Assembly (NCBI GenBank): GCA_043427135.1
Contig: JBHWSH010000402.1
Coordinates: 1-53,721, forward strand
Direction: 5' to 3'
Source of the DNA: Marmoricola sp.
Lineage (GTDB): Bacteria > Actinomycetota > Actinomycetes > Propionibacteriales > Nocardioidaceae
DNA: 53,721 bases
Each line of letters begins with the position of its first letter. Position 1 is the first letter of the stretch. The notes under the pieces are model-generated. The model was not told the DNA's origin. It saw only the letters and a program-made list of their open reading frames with translations, and did not search any database. Position numbers and translations under genes: made by a program. Shown here piece after piece: positions 47,018 through 53,721 of the stretch.

Positions 47018-47284
47018 ATGTCCGAGCTCACCGTCAGTGAGGCCCGCGCCCGGCTGGCCGACGTCGTCGATGAAGCGCGTACCTCCCATCAGCCCGTGTT
47101 TCTCACGAGGCGGGGTCGACGAGTCGCAGCCCTTATCGGTGCGGAGGAACTCGAACGCCTTCTCGAGGCCGCCGAGGATCTGGCCGATGTGCGAGCAGCC
47201 ACAGCGGCTCGCGAGGAGATGGCGCAAGACGGTCTCGAGCCCATCCCGTGGGCGCAGGTGAAGGCTGACCTCGGGCTGTCGTGA
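47018..47284 (+). CDS. Phd/YefM antitoxin
   Basis: LTVSEARARLA.VVD...PV.LTRRGRRVAALI. Confidence 0.9.
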   Translation: MSELTVSEARARLADVVDEARTSHQPVFLTRRGRRVAALIGAEELERLLEAAEDLADVRAATAAREEMAQDGLEPIPWAQVKADLGLS

Positions 47285-47541
47285 CCTACGAGATCCGAGT
47301 TGCTCCTGCCGCAGCTCGACAGTTGCGCAAGCTGGACGCCGCTGCACGCAAGCGGGTTCAGGCGGCCATCGAACTCTTGGCTGAGCAGCCCAGGCCGCCC
47401 GGCGCCAAGAAGCTGGTCGGCGGCCACGGTGAGTGGCGGGTCCGCACCGGTGACTACCGGATCGTCTACGAGATCGAGGACGACATCCTGCTCGTGCTTG
47501 TCATCGCCGTCGGTCACCGCCGCGACGTCTACCGAACCTGA
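47281..47541 (+). CDS. relE: RelE/ParE family toxin
   Basis: A.RQLRKL, PRPPG.KKL, WRVR.GDYRIVYEI, VGHRRDVY. Confidence 0.92.
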   Translation: MTYEIRVAPAAARQLRKLDAAARKRVQAAIELLAEQPRPPGAKKLVGGHGEWRVRTGDYRIVYEIEDDILLVLVIAVGHRRDVYRT

Positions 47542-47567
47542 AGGGTCGGGGGCCGCGGTCGGGTCGG

Positions 47568-47705
47568 GATCTCGACCCTTCGAGACGGTCGCTGCGCTCC
47601 CTCCTCAGGGCAGGCAAGCTCGACCGCCGATGGGCAGCTCGATCGCTGGCGGGCAGGCTCGATCGCCGGGGGAGCTCGATCGCCGGTGGTGAGCTCGACC
47701 GGCGG
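47568..47705 (-). repeat. Hybrid B/C repeat followed by four short tandem GCTCGA(T/C)CG units
   Basis: Inverted near-copy of 27786..27852, then ~17-19-bp degenerate tandem units. Confidence 0.75.
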
Positions 47706-47726
47706 AAGGCCCCTACGCTGTGCCGC

Positions 47727-48971
47727 GTGCCGAATCTCGACGCGCCCCTGACTCTGCCGAGCGGACTGACGCTGCCCAACCGGATCGGCAAGGCGCCGAT
47801 GACCGAGAACCTCGCCGACAACAAGGGGCAGCCGACCATCCGGCACGAGCGGGTGTACCGCCGCTGGGCCGAGGGCGGCGCGGGCCTGCTGGTCACCGGC
47901 AACCTCATGGTCGACCGCCGCTACCTCGAACGCTCCCGCAACATCGTCGCCGACGCGCATCTCGACATCGCGCGGCTCGCCCGCATCAAGACAGCCGCCG
48001 GCGACACCCCGTTGCTCGCGCAGCTCAACCATCCCGGCCGGCAGACCAACCGGTTCATCGCCAACCGCCCGGTCGCGCCCAGCACCGGCGCGCCGGTCCG
48101 CATGTTCGGGCTCTTCGCCTCGCCGAGAGCCCTGTCCGCGCAGGAGATCCAGGGCGTCGTACGCCGCTTCGGCGAGTCCGCGGCGCGCGTGGAGAAGGCC
48201 GGGTTCGACGGCGTACAGATCCATGCCGCGCATGGCTACCTGCTCGCCCAGTTCCTGTCCCCACGAACCAACCGGCGCAAGGACGAGTACGGCGGCGACG
48301 TCCCTGGGCGCGCCCGCGCCCTCCTCGACGTGGTGCGGTCGTGCCGCGAGTCGACCCGTGACGGCTTCACGGTCGCGGTCAAGCTGAACTCCTCCGACTT
48401 CCGGCACGGCGGCTTCACCGAGGACGACGCCGAGCGGGTCATCCGGATGCTGGTCGGCGAGGGCGTCGACCTGATCGAGATCAGCGGCGGTACCTACGAG
48501 AGCCCGGCGCTGCTCGGGCTGGCCGGCGCGGCTGAGGGCACCAGCGCGGGCAGCGTGAAGGAGGCGTACTTCGCGGCGTTCGCCACCCGCGCGCGCAAGG
48601 CCGCCGGCGGCGTACCCCTCATGCTCACCGGCGGCATCCGCACCCGCGCCGCGATGACCGCACTCCTCGACAGCGGCGCGGTCGACCTCATCGGTCTCGG
48701 CCGGCCCCTCGCCCTGGAGCCCGACCTGCCCACGCGCCTCCTGGCCGGCGAAGACGGGCGCCCACTGCCGTCGTACGCGCTGCCGACCGCGGTCGGGATG
48801 ACAGGGGAGTCGGAGTGGTACGAGACCCAGATCGGCCTGCTCGGCGATGGCAAGGAGCCGCAGCGCGGGCTCAACCAGTACGTCGCGGCGACGCGCTTCG
48901 TCGCGGGTGAGCTCGTCCGGGGTCTCGCCGAAGGCCCGCGTCGCAGGAGGCTCGCGGCTGCGGCGGAGTAG
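47727..48971 (+). CDS. NADH:flavin oxidoreductase (Old Yellow Enzyme family)
   Basis: LPNRI.K.PMTE, QLNHPGRQ, GFDGVQIHAAHGYLL.QFLSP..N.R.DEYGG. Confidence 0.92.
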   Translation: MPNLDAPLTLPSGLTLPNRIGKAPMTENLADNKGQPTIRHERVYRRWAEGGAGLLVTGNLMVDRRYLERSRNIVADAHLDIARLARIKTAAGDTPLLAQLNHPGRQTNRFIANRPVAPSTGAPVRMFGLFASPRALSAQEIQGVVRRFGESAARVEKAGFDGVQIHAAHGYLLAQFLSPRTNRRKDEYGGDVPGRARALLDVVRSCRESTRDGFTVAVKLNSSDFRHGGFTEDDAERVIRMLVGEGVDLIEISGGTYESPALLGLAGAAEGTSAGSVKEAYFAAFATRARKAAGGVPLMLTGGIRTRAAMTALLDSGAVDLIGLGRPLALEPDLPTRLLAGEDGRPLPSYALPTAVGMTGESEWYETQIGLLGDGKEPQRGLNQYVAATRFVAGELVRGLAEGPRRRRLAAAAE

Positions 48972-48977
48972 CCGGGT

Positions 48978-49072
48978 GGTTTCGAGACACGGCCTCCGCA
49001 AGCTCCGGCCGTTCCTCAACCACCAAGAAGACACGGCCTCCGCAAGCTCCGGGTCGTTCCTCAACCACCAAG
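48978..49072 (-). repeat. Repeat family B, tandem pair
   Basis: AGACACGGCCTCCGCAAGCTCCGG..GTTCCTCAACCACCAAG occurs twice. Confidence 0.85.
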
Positions 49073-49109
49073 CTCTTGTGAGCCAGCCCACCTATCGCGC
49101 TGGGATCGG

Positions 49110-49143
49110 ACAGGTTAGTGTCGCCTTACTTAGGCAGACCTAA
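49110..49143. promoter_or_regulatory. Tandem IdeR/DtxR iron boxes
   Basis: ACAGGTTAGTGTCGCCTTA and CTTACTTAGGCAGACCTAA resemble consensus TTAGGTTAGGCTAACCTAA, just upstream of the siderophore operon. Confidence 0.75.
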
Positions 49144-49156
49144 CAGAAAGACCTCG

Positions 49157-50191
49157 ATGATCCGCACTCCCTTCCCCCGGCTGCTCCTCGCCGGCGTCGC
49201 CGTTCTCGCCCTGGCCGGCTGCGGCACCACCTCGACCGCCACCGAGACCACCGCGAAGACGACCGAGGCGCCAGCCGCGTCCGACGCGTTCCCGGTGACC
49301 ATCGAGCACGCCTACGGCGAGACGACGATCGAGTCCGAGCCGCAGCGCGTCGCGACTCTGGGCTGGGTCGACCAGGACCACGCCCTCGCGCTGGGTGTGG
49401 TCCCGGTCGGGGCCATTGAGATCAACTGGGGCGGCAACGAGCAGATGTCGACTCCCTGGTTCGACGCGGCGCTCGAGAAGCTCGGCGGCGAGGCGCCGAC
49501 CCGCTACAGCGACCTGGACGGGGCGCCGATCGAGGAGATCGCCGCCCTGCAGCCGGACTTGATCCTGGCGACGAACTCCGGCCTCACCGAGCAGGAGTAC
49601 AAGAAGCTCACCAACCTCGGCGTCCCCGTCGTCGCCTACCCCGACCAGCCGTGGCTGACCTCGTGGCAGACCTCGCTGGAGATGGTCGGCCAGGCGCTCG
49701 GCCGCAGCGACCGGGCGGCCGAGGTCCTCGCCGAGACCGAGGCGTCGATGGAGCAGGCCGCCGAGGACAACCCCGAGATCGTCGGGAAGTCGTTCATCTT
49801 CGCGGCGTTGTCGACCGCCGACACCTCCAAGATCGACTACTACACGCCGGAGGACAACCGGCCGCTGATCCTCAGCGAGCTCGGCATGGTCAACGCCCCG
49901 ATCATCGAGGAGATCAGCAAGCCGGGCGAGTTCTACGGCACGATCTCCGCCGAGCGCGCGCCCGACCTCGAGTCGGACGTCTTCATCACCTACGCCGAGA
50001 CCGACGGCGACCTGGAGACGTTCCGCAACGACCCGCTGCTCGGGCAGATCCCCGGCATCGAGAGCGGCCACGTGCTGGCGTCGACCGACAAGACGGACGC
50101 CCTGGGCATGTCGTCGCCGTCGCCGCTGTCGATCCCGTGGGCGATGGAGAACTTCATCCCGCAGGTCGCTGCGGCCGTCCAGGGCAACTGA
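49157..50191 (+). CDS. Iron-siderophore ABC transporter substrate-binding lipoprotein
   Basis: Lipobox LAGC, FPVTIEHAYG.T.I...PQRV, E.IAAL.PDLIL. Confidence 0.92.
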   Translation: MIRTPFPRLLLAGVAVLALAGCGTTSTATETTAKTTEAPAASDAFPVTIEHAYGETTIESEPQRVATLGWVDQDHALALGVVPVGAIEINWGGNEQMSTPWFDAALEKLGGEAPTRYSDLDGAPIEEIAALQPDLILATNSGLTEQEYKKLTNLGVPVVAYPDQPWLTSWQTSLEMVGQALGRSDRAAEVLAETEASMEQAAEDNPEIVGKSFIFAALSTADTSKIDYYTPEDNRPLILSELGMVNAPIIEEISKPGEFYGTISAERAPDLESDVFITYAETDGDLETFRNDPLLGQIPGIESGHVLASTDKTDALGMSSPSPLSIPWAMENFIPQVAAAVQGN

Positions 50192-50201
50192 CTCCGGACT
50201 C

Positions 50202-51230
50202 ATGCCGACCACGTACGACGCCGTCGCGCCGGCCGGGCTGCAGCAGCAGTCCCCGGCGCGGCGGCGCCGTACTCTCACCGCGGTCGCACCGACCTCGCTG
50301 CTCGTCGTCGCGGTGCTCTCGGTCCTGGTCGGCTCCCGCACGGTCGGTTGGAACGCGCTCCTCGACACCAACGACCCCGACCACGCGATCGCCGCGGCCC
50401 GACTCGCCCGCACCTGCGTGGCCCTCGCCGCCGGCGCCGCCCTCGGCCTGGCCGGCGCGTGTCTGCAGGGCCTGACCCGCAACGGCCTCGCCGACTCCGG
50501 CATCCTCGGCCTCAACGCGGGTGCGGCCTTCGGGATGATCGGCGCGGCGGTCTTCCTCGGACTCAGCTCGCTGACGGCGTACGTCTGGTTCGCGTTCCTG
50601 GGTGCCGCCGTCGCCACCGCGGTCGTCCTCGGCGTCGCCTCCCGGGTCCGCGGCGGCACCAGCCCGCTGGCCCTCGTGCTCACCGGCGCCGCCGTCACCG
50701 CAGGGCTGACCAGTTGGACGTCGGCGATCCTGCTGACCGACCAATCGGCGCGCGACACGTTCCGGTTCTGGGCGGTCGGCACCGTCGGCGGGCGCGGGTA
50801 CGCCGAGCTGTTGCCGGTGCTGCCGTTCCTGATCGTCGGTGCCGTGCTGGTTCTAGCGTCGGCTCGCACCCTCGACGCCCTCGCCCTGGGCGATGACACC
50901 GCCCGCGCGCTCGGCCGGCAGCCGATCCGTGACCGGGCCGTCGTACTACTCGCCGTCGTGCTCCTCGCCGGCGGCGCCACCGCGCTGGCCGGCCCGATCG
51001 CCTTCGTCGGCCTCGTCGTACCCCATCTCGTCCGGGCGCTGCACGGCCCCGCGCACCACCAGGTGCTGCCGCTGAGTGCGGTGTACGGCGCGGTGCTGGT
51101 CGTGCTGGCCGACACCGCGGGACGCGTCGTCCTGCCGCCGACCGAGGTGCAGGTGGGCGTCATGGTCGCCGTGGTCGGCGCCCCCGTCTTCATCGCGCTC
51201 GCCCGGCGCAGCAAGGTCGGTGCGCTGTGA
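50202..51230 (+). CDS. FecCD family iron-siderophore permease
   Basis: RL.RT, QGLTRN.LAD..ILG.NAGA, LALGDD.A..LG, GPIAFVGL.VPH. Confidence 0.92.
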   Translation: MPTTYDAVAPAGLQQQSPARRRRTLTAVAPTSLLVVAVLSVLVGSRTVGWNALLDTNDPDHAIAAARLARTCVALAAGAALGLAGACLQGLTRNGLADSGILGLNAGAAFGMIGAAVFLGLSSLTAYVWFAFLGAAVATAVVLGVASRVRGGTSPLALVLTGAAVTAGLTSWTSAILLTDQSARDTFRFWAVGTVGGRGYAELLPVLPFLIVGAVLVLASARTLDALALGDDTARALGRQPIRDRAVVLLAVVLLAGGATALAGPIAFVGLVVPHLVRALHGPAHHQVLPLSAVYGAVLVVLADTAGRVVLPPTEVQVGVMVAVVGAPVFIALARRSKVGAL

Positions 51231-52300
51231 GCACCCAGACTCCGGAGTCTTTGACTCGCCTGGTGGATCACAGACTCCGGGATCCTCATGCGCTCGAGGT
51301 CGTCCGATCGGCCCGCCGCGCACCGCGTCGCCGGCACCGCACCGTCATTGCCGGACTGGCGCTTGTGCTCGTCGCCGTCACCACGGTGCGGCTGCTGCTG
51401 GGCGACTTCACCGTGAGCGCGGTCGACTTCGTGCGGATCCTGTTCGGCGAGCAGATCCCCGTCGCGACGTACCTCGTCCAGGAGATCCGGCTGCCCCGCG
51501 CCGCGATGGCGGTCCTCGTCGGGGCGGCGTTCGGCGTCGGGGGTGCGCTGTTCCAGACCACGCTCCGCAACCCGCTGGCCAGCCCCGACATCGTCGGCGT
51601 CAGCTTCGGGGCGAGCGCCGCCGCCGTGTGGGCGATCGTCGTCGCCGGCCTGGCCGGTCCGTGGGTGTCGGTCGCCGCCGTCGTCGGAGCGCTGGTCACC
51701 GCCGTCGTCGTCCGGTGGGCGTCCGGCGGATCGACCCGCGGAGCGGCGTACCGCCTGGTGCTCGTCGGCGTCGCGGTCGCGGCCCTTCTGCAGGCGATGG
51801 TGCAGTACCTCTTCAGCCGCGCCGACGCCTACGACGCCCAGCTGATGCTGCACTGGCTCACCGGCAGCGTCGGCGCGGCGGACCGGTCCAACGTGGCGAT
51901 CCTCGCCGTCCTGCTGACCGCGCTCCTGCCCGGCGTACTCCTCGCGGCGCGCGCCCTGTGTCTCCTCGAGCTGGGCGACGAGACCGCGCTCGGGTTGGGC
52001 CAGCGCCGGTACGCCGCCGAGGCCGTCATGCTGCTCGGGGTCGTCCTCGTCGCCGTCGGTGTGGCGGCGGCCGGGCCGATCGCGTTCGTCGCCTTCATGG
52101 CCGGGCCGATCGCCCGGTCCCTGGAGCAGGGCCGGATCTCCCTGCTGTCGGCCGGTCTGGTCGGCGCGATCGTCGTGGTCGCCGCCGACGTCACCGCAGA
52201 CCTGCTCCTGCCCGGGGGCGACTACCCCGTCGGTGTCGTCACCGGCGCGGTGGGCGCCCCGTTCTTGTTGTGGCTGTTGACCCGGAGGAACCTGACATGA
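51227..52300 (+). CDS. FecCD family iron-siderophore permease
   Basis: RLPR, FQT.LRNPLASPDI.G, GPIAFVAF, PVGVVTG..GAP; GTGA overlap. Confidence 0.92.
   Translation: MSTQTPESLTRLVDHRLRDPHALEVVRSARRAPRRRHRTVIAGLALVLVAVTTVRLLLGDFTVSAVDFVRILFGEQIPVATYLVQEIRLPRAAMAVLVGAAFGVGGALFQTTLRNPLASPDIVGVSFGASAAAVWAIVVAGLAGPWVSVAAVVGALVTAVVVRWASGGSTRGAAYRLVLVGVAVAALLQAMVQYLFSRADAYDAQLMLHWLTGSVGAADRSNVAILAVLLTALLPGVLLAARALCLLELGDETALGLGQRRYAAEAVMLLGVVLVAVGVAAAGPIAFVAFMAGPIARSLEQGRISLLSAGLVGAIVVVAADVTADLLLPGGDYPVGVVTGAVGAPFLLWLLTRRNLT
51241..51281. repeat. Palindromic repeat family A, copy 5, inside the permease CDS
   Basis: TCCGGAGTCTTTGACTCGCCTGGTGGATCACAGACTCCGGG. Confidence 0.85.
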
Positions 52301-53136
52301 CCATCCTCGCCGCCCCCGCCGTCGCGGCGCCGGCCGCCCGCTTGTGCGCCGAACGGCTCAGCCTCGGGTACGACGGCCGCACCGTGGTCGACGACCTCAC
52401 CCTCGCGATCCCCGACGGCCAGGTCACCGTCATCGTGGGCGCCAACGCCTGCGGCAAGTCGACGCTCCTGCGCGGGCTCGCCCGTCTCATGCGGCCGACC
52501 GGGGGAGCGGCGCTGCTCGACGGTCGCGACGTGCATCGGCTGCCGACCCGCGACGTCGCCCGCGCGATGGGGCTGCTGCCGCAGACCCCCGTCGTACCCT
52601 CCGGCGTCACGGTCGTCGACCTCGTCGGCCGAGGCCGGACGCCTCACCGGGGCACCTTCTCCCGGTGGACCGCCGACGACGATGCCGCTGTCGCGGAGGC
52701 GCTCGCGCTCACCGGCACGACCGAGCTGGCCGACCGGCCCGTCGACGAGCTCTCCGGTGGACAACGGCAACGGGTGTGGCTGGCGATGGCGCTCGCACAG
52801 GGCACCGACCTGCTCCTGCTCGACGAGCCCACGACGTACCTCGACGTCGCCCACCAGGTCGAGGTCCTCGACCTGCTCCTCGACCTCAACCGCGCCCGCG
52901 GCACCACCGTCGTGATGGTGCTGCACGACCTCGGACTCGCCGCGAGGTACGCCGACCACCTCGTCGCCATGCGCTGCGGGCAGTTGTACGCCGAGGGGCC
53001 GCCCGCGGAGATCGTCACCGAGCAGTTGGTGCACGACGTCTTCGACCTGCCCTGCCGGGTGGTGCCCGATCCGGTGTCGGGGACGCCCCTCATCGTGCCT
53101 GTCGGCCGCCACCACCGAGGAGGGCTGGATGGCTGA
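52297..53136 (+). CDS. Iron-siderophore ABC transporter ATP-binding protein
   Basis: GANACGKS, LSGGQRQR, LLLDEPT, VLHDL. Confidence 0.95.
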   Translation: MTILAAPAVAAPAARLCAERLSLGYDGRTVVDDLTLAIPDGQVTVIVGANACGKSTLLRGLARLMRPTGGAALLDGRDVHRLPTRDVARAMGLLPQTPVVPSGVTVVDLVGRGRTPHRGTFSRWTADDDAAVAEALALTGTTELADRPVDELSGGQRQRVWLAMALAQGTDLLLLDEPTTYLDVAHQVEVLDLLLDLNRARGTTVVMVLHDLGLAARYADHLVAMRCGQLYAEGPPAEIVTEQLVHDVFDLPCRVVPDPVSGTPLIVPVGRHHRGGLDG

Positions 53137-53721
53137 GCCCGCAAGAGCCTTGGTGGTTGAGGAGGGGCCGGAGCTTGCGGAGGCCCCGTCTCGAAACCAC
53201 GCCGGCTCGGAGACCGACGACTTCCCGATGGTGCTCGCCGAGGTGACGGTCGCCTCCGTCGAACGGATCTCGACGTCGTTCGTGCGGGCCGAGCTCGCCT
53301 CGCCTGAGCTGGCGGAGTTCGGGGTCGACGGGCCGCTGCTCGACCAGCGGATCAAGCTCGTCCTGCCGGCCGCGAACGGACAGCTGCCGCCGATCTCCCG
53401 CGGCCCGACGTGGTACTCCGACTGGGCCGCCCTCCCCGACGACGTCCGCGGCCACGTCCGCACCTACACCGTCCGAGAGGTCCGCGGCACCGGGCCGGAC
53501 AGGCGCGTCGTCGTCGACATCGTCGTCCACCCCGGCGACACCGGCCCCGGCTCGCGCTGGGCCGCCGCCGCCCAGCCGGGCGACCGGGTCGCACTGCTCG
53601 GTCCCCGCCGGGGCTACCCCTTCGGCGGCATCGAGTTCGCGCCCGGTGCGGCCTCGCGACTGTTGATCGCCGGCGACGAGACGGCCCTCCCGGCGATCGC
53701 GGGCATCCTCGCCGGCCTGCC
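53129..53721 (+). CDS. Siderophore-interacting protein (ViuB/YqjH-like), runs off the window end
   Basis: V..V.RIS.SFVR, DQRIKL, RTYT.R, GPGSRWA..A..GD, LIAGDETALPAI. Confidence 0.9.
   Translation, partial: MAEPARALVVEEGPELAEAPSRNHAGSETDDFPMVLAEVTVASVERISTSFVRAELASPELAEFGVDGPLLDQRIKLVLPAANGQLPPISRGPTWYSDWAALPDDVRGHVRTYTVREVRGTGPDRRVVVDIVVHPGDTGPGSRWAAAAQPGDRVALLGPRRGYPFGGIEFAPGAASRLLIAGDETALPAIAGILAGL
53149..53198 (+). repeat. Repeat family B copy inside the SIP CDS
   Basis: CTTGGTGGTTGAGGAGGGGCCGGAGCTTGCGGAGGCCCCGTCTCGAAACC. Confidence 0.85.

Noticed and set aside
47568..47705. Short tandem GCTCGATCG units as a CRISPR array
   Set aside because: Units are about 17-19 bp and degenerate, with no 25-40 bp unique spacers and no cas genes; they belong to the dispersed repeat family.
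49130..51853. 907-aa minus-strand ORF and similar long antisense ORFs (e.g. 4837..6483, 33199..35271, 34808..36502)
   Set aside because: Shadow ORFs of high-GC coding DNA lying opposite clearly recognisable genes, with no motifs.
53149..53198. Family B repeat as a hammerhead ribozyme (TGAGGA...CGAAAC resembles CUGANGA...GAAA)
   Set aside because: C3 is replaced by T, extra bases separate the stem from GAAA, and I see no conserved stems I/III or UH cleavage site across copies.
1..53721. Prophage, IS element or integron integrase; rRNA/tRNA genes
   Set aside because: No recombinase, transposase or phage structural motifs in any ORF, and no tRNA cloverleaf or rRNA sequence recognised.

Overview
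High-GC (roughly 70%) actinobacterial DNA. The gene families and intergenic hairpin repeats suggest a Nocardioides-like organism (inference). The window is mostly accessory DNA: small stress, detoxification and hypothetical genes (including the rifampin ADP-ribosyltransferase arr), about nine toxin-antitoxin or toxin loci (four intact, five decayed), a diverged ~3 kb duplicated block (16.6-19.8 kb vs 44.1-47.0 kb) and a duplicated ZIP transporter. At least seven genes are broken by clean deletions or small indels. An iron-regulated siderophore ABC operon lies at the right end. The best candidate for an undescribed system is 31.0-42.0 kb. There, an ECF sigma factor and a TY-Chap/YbjN-like chaperone gene lie divergent from a CX5R phosphatase-RNase H-vWA operon. 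These are followed by an AlbA/Schlafen-ATPase-HTH gene, a tandem PafBC-like WYL pair, an EcsC-like gene and a helicase/ADP-ribosylglycohydrolase deletion chimera. Several families of short palindromic repeats are scattered through the window, and two of them are read in frame inside N-termini of siderophore-uptake proteins. I found no rRNA, tRNA, CRISPR array, integrase or transposase. All family calls come from motif recognition by eye, not from database searches.
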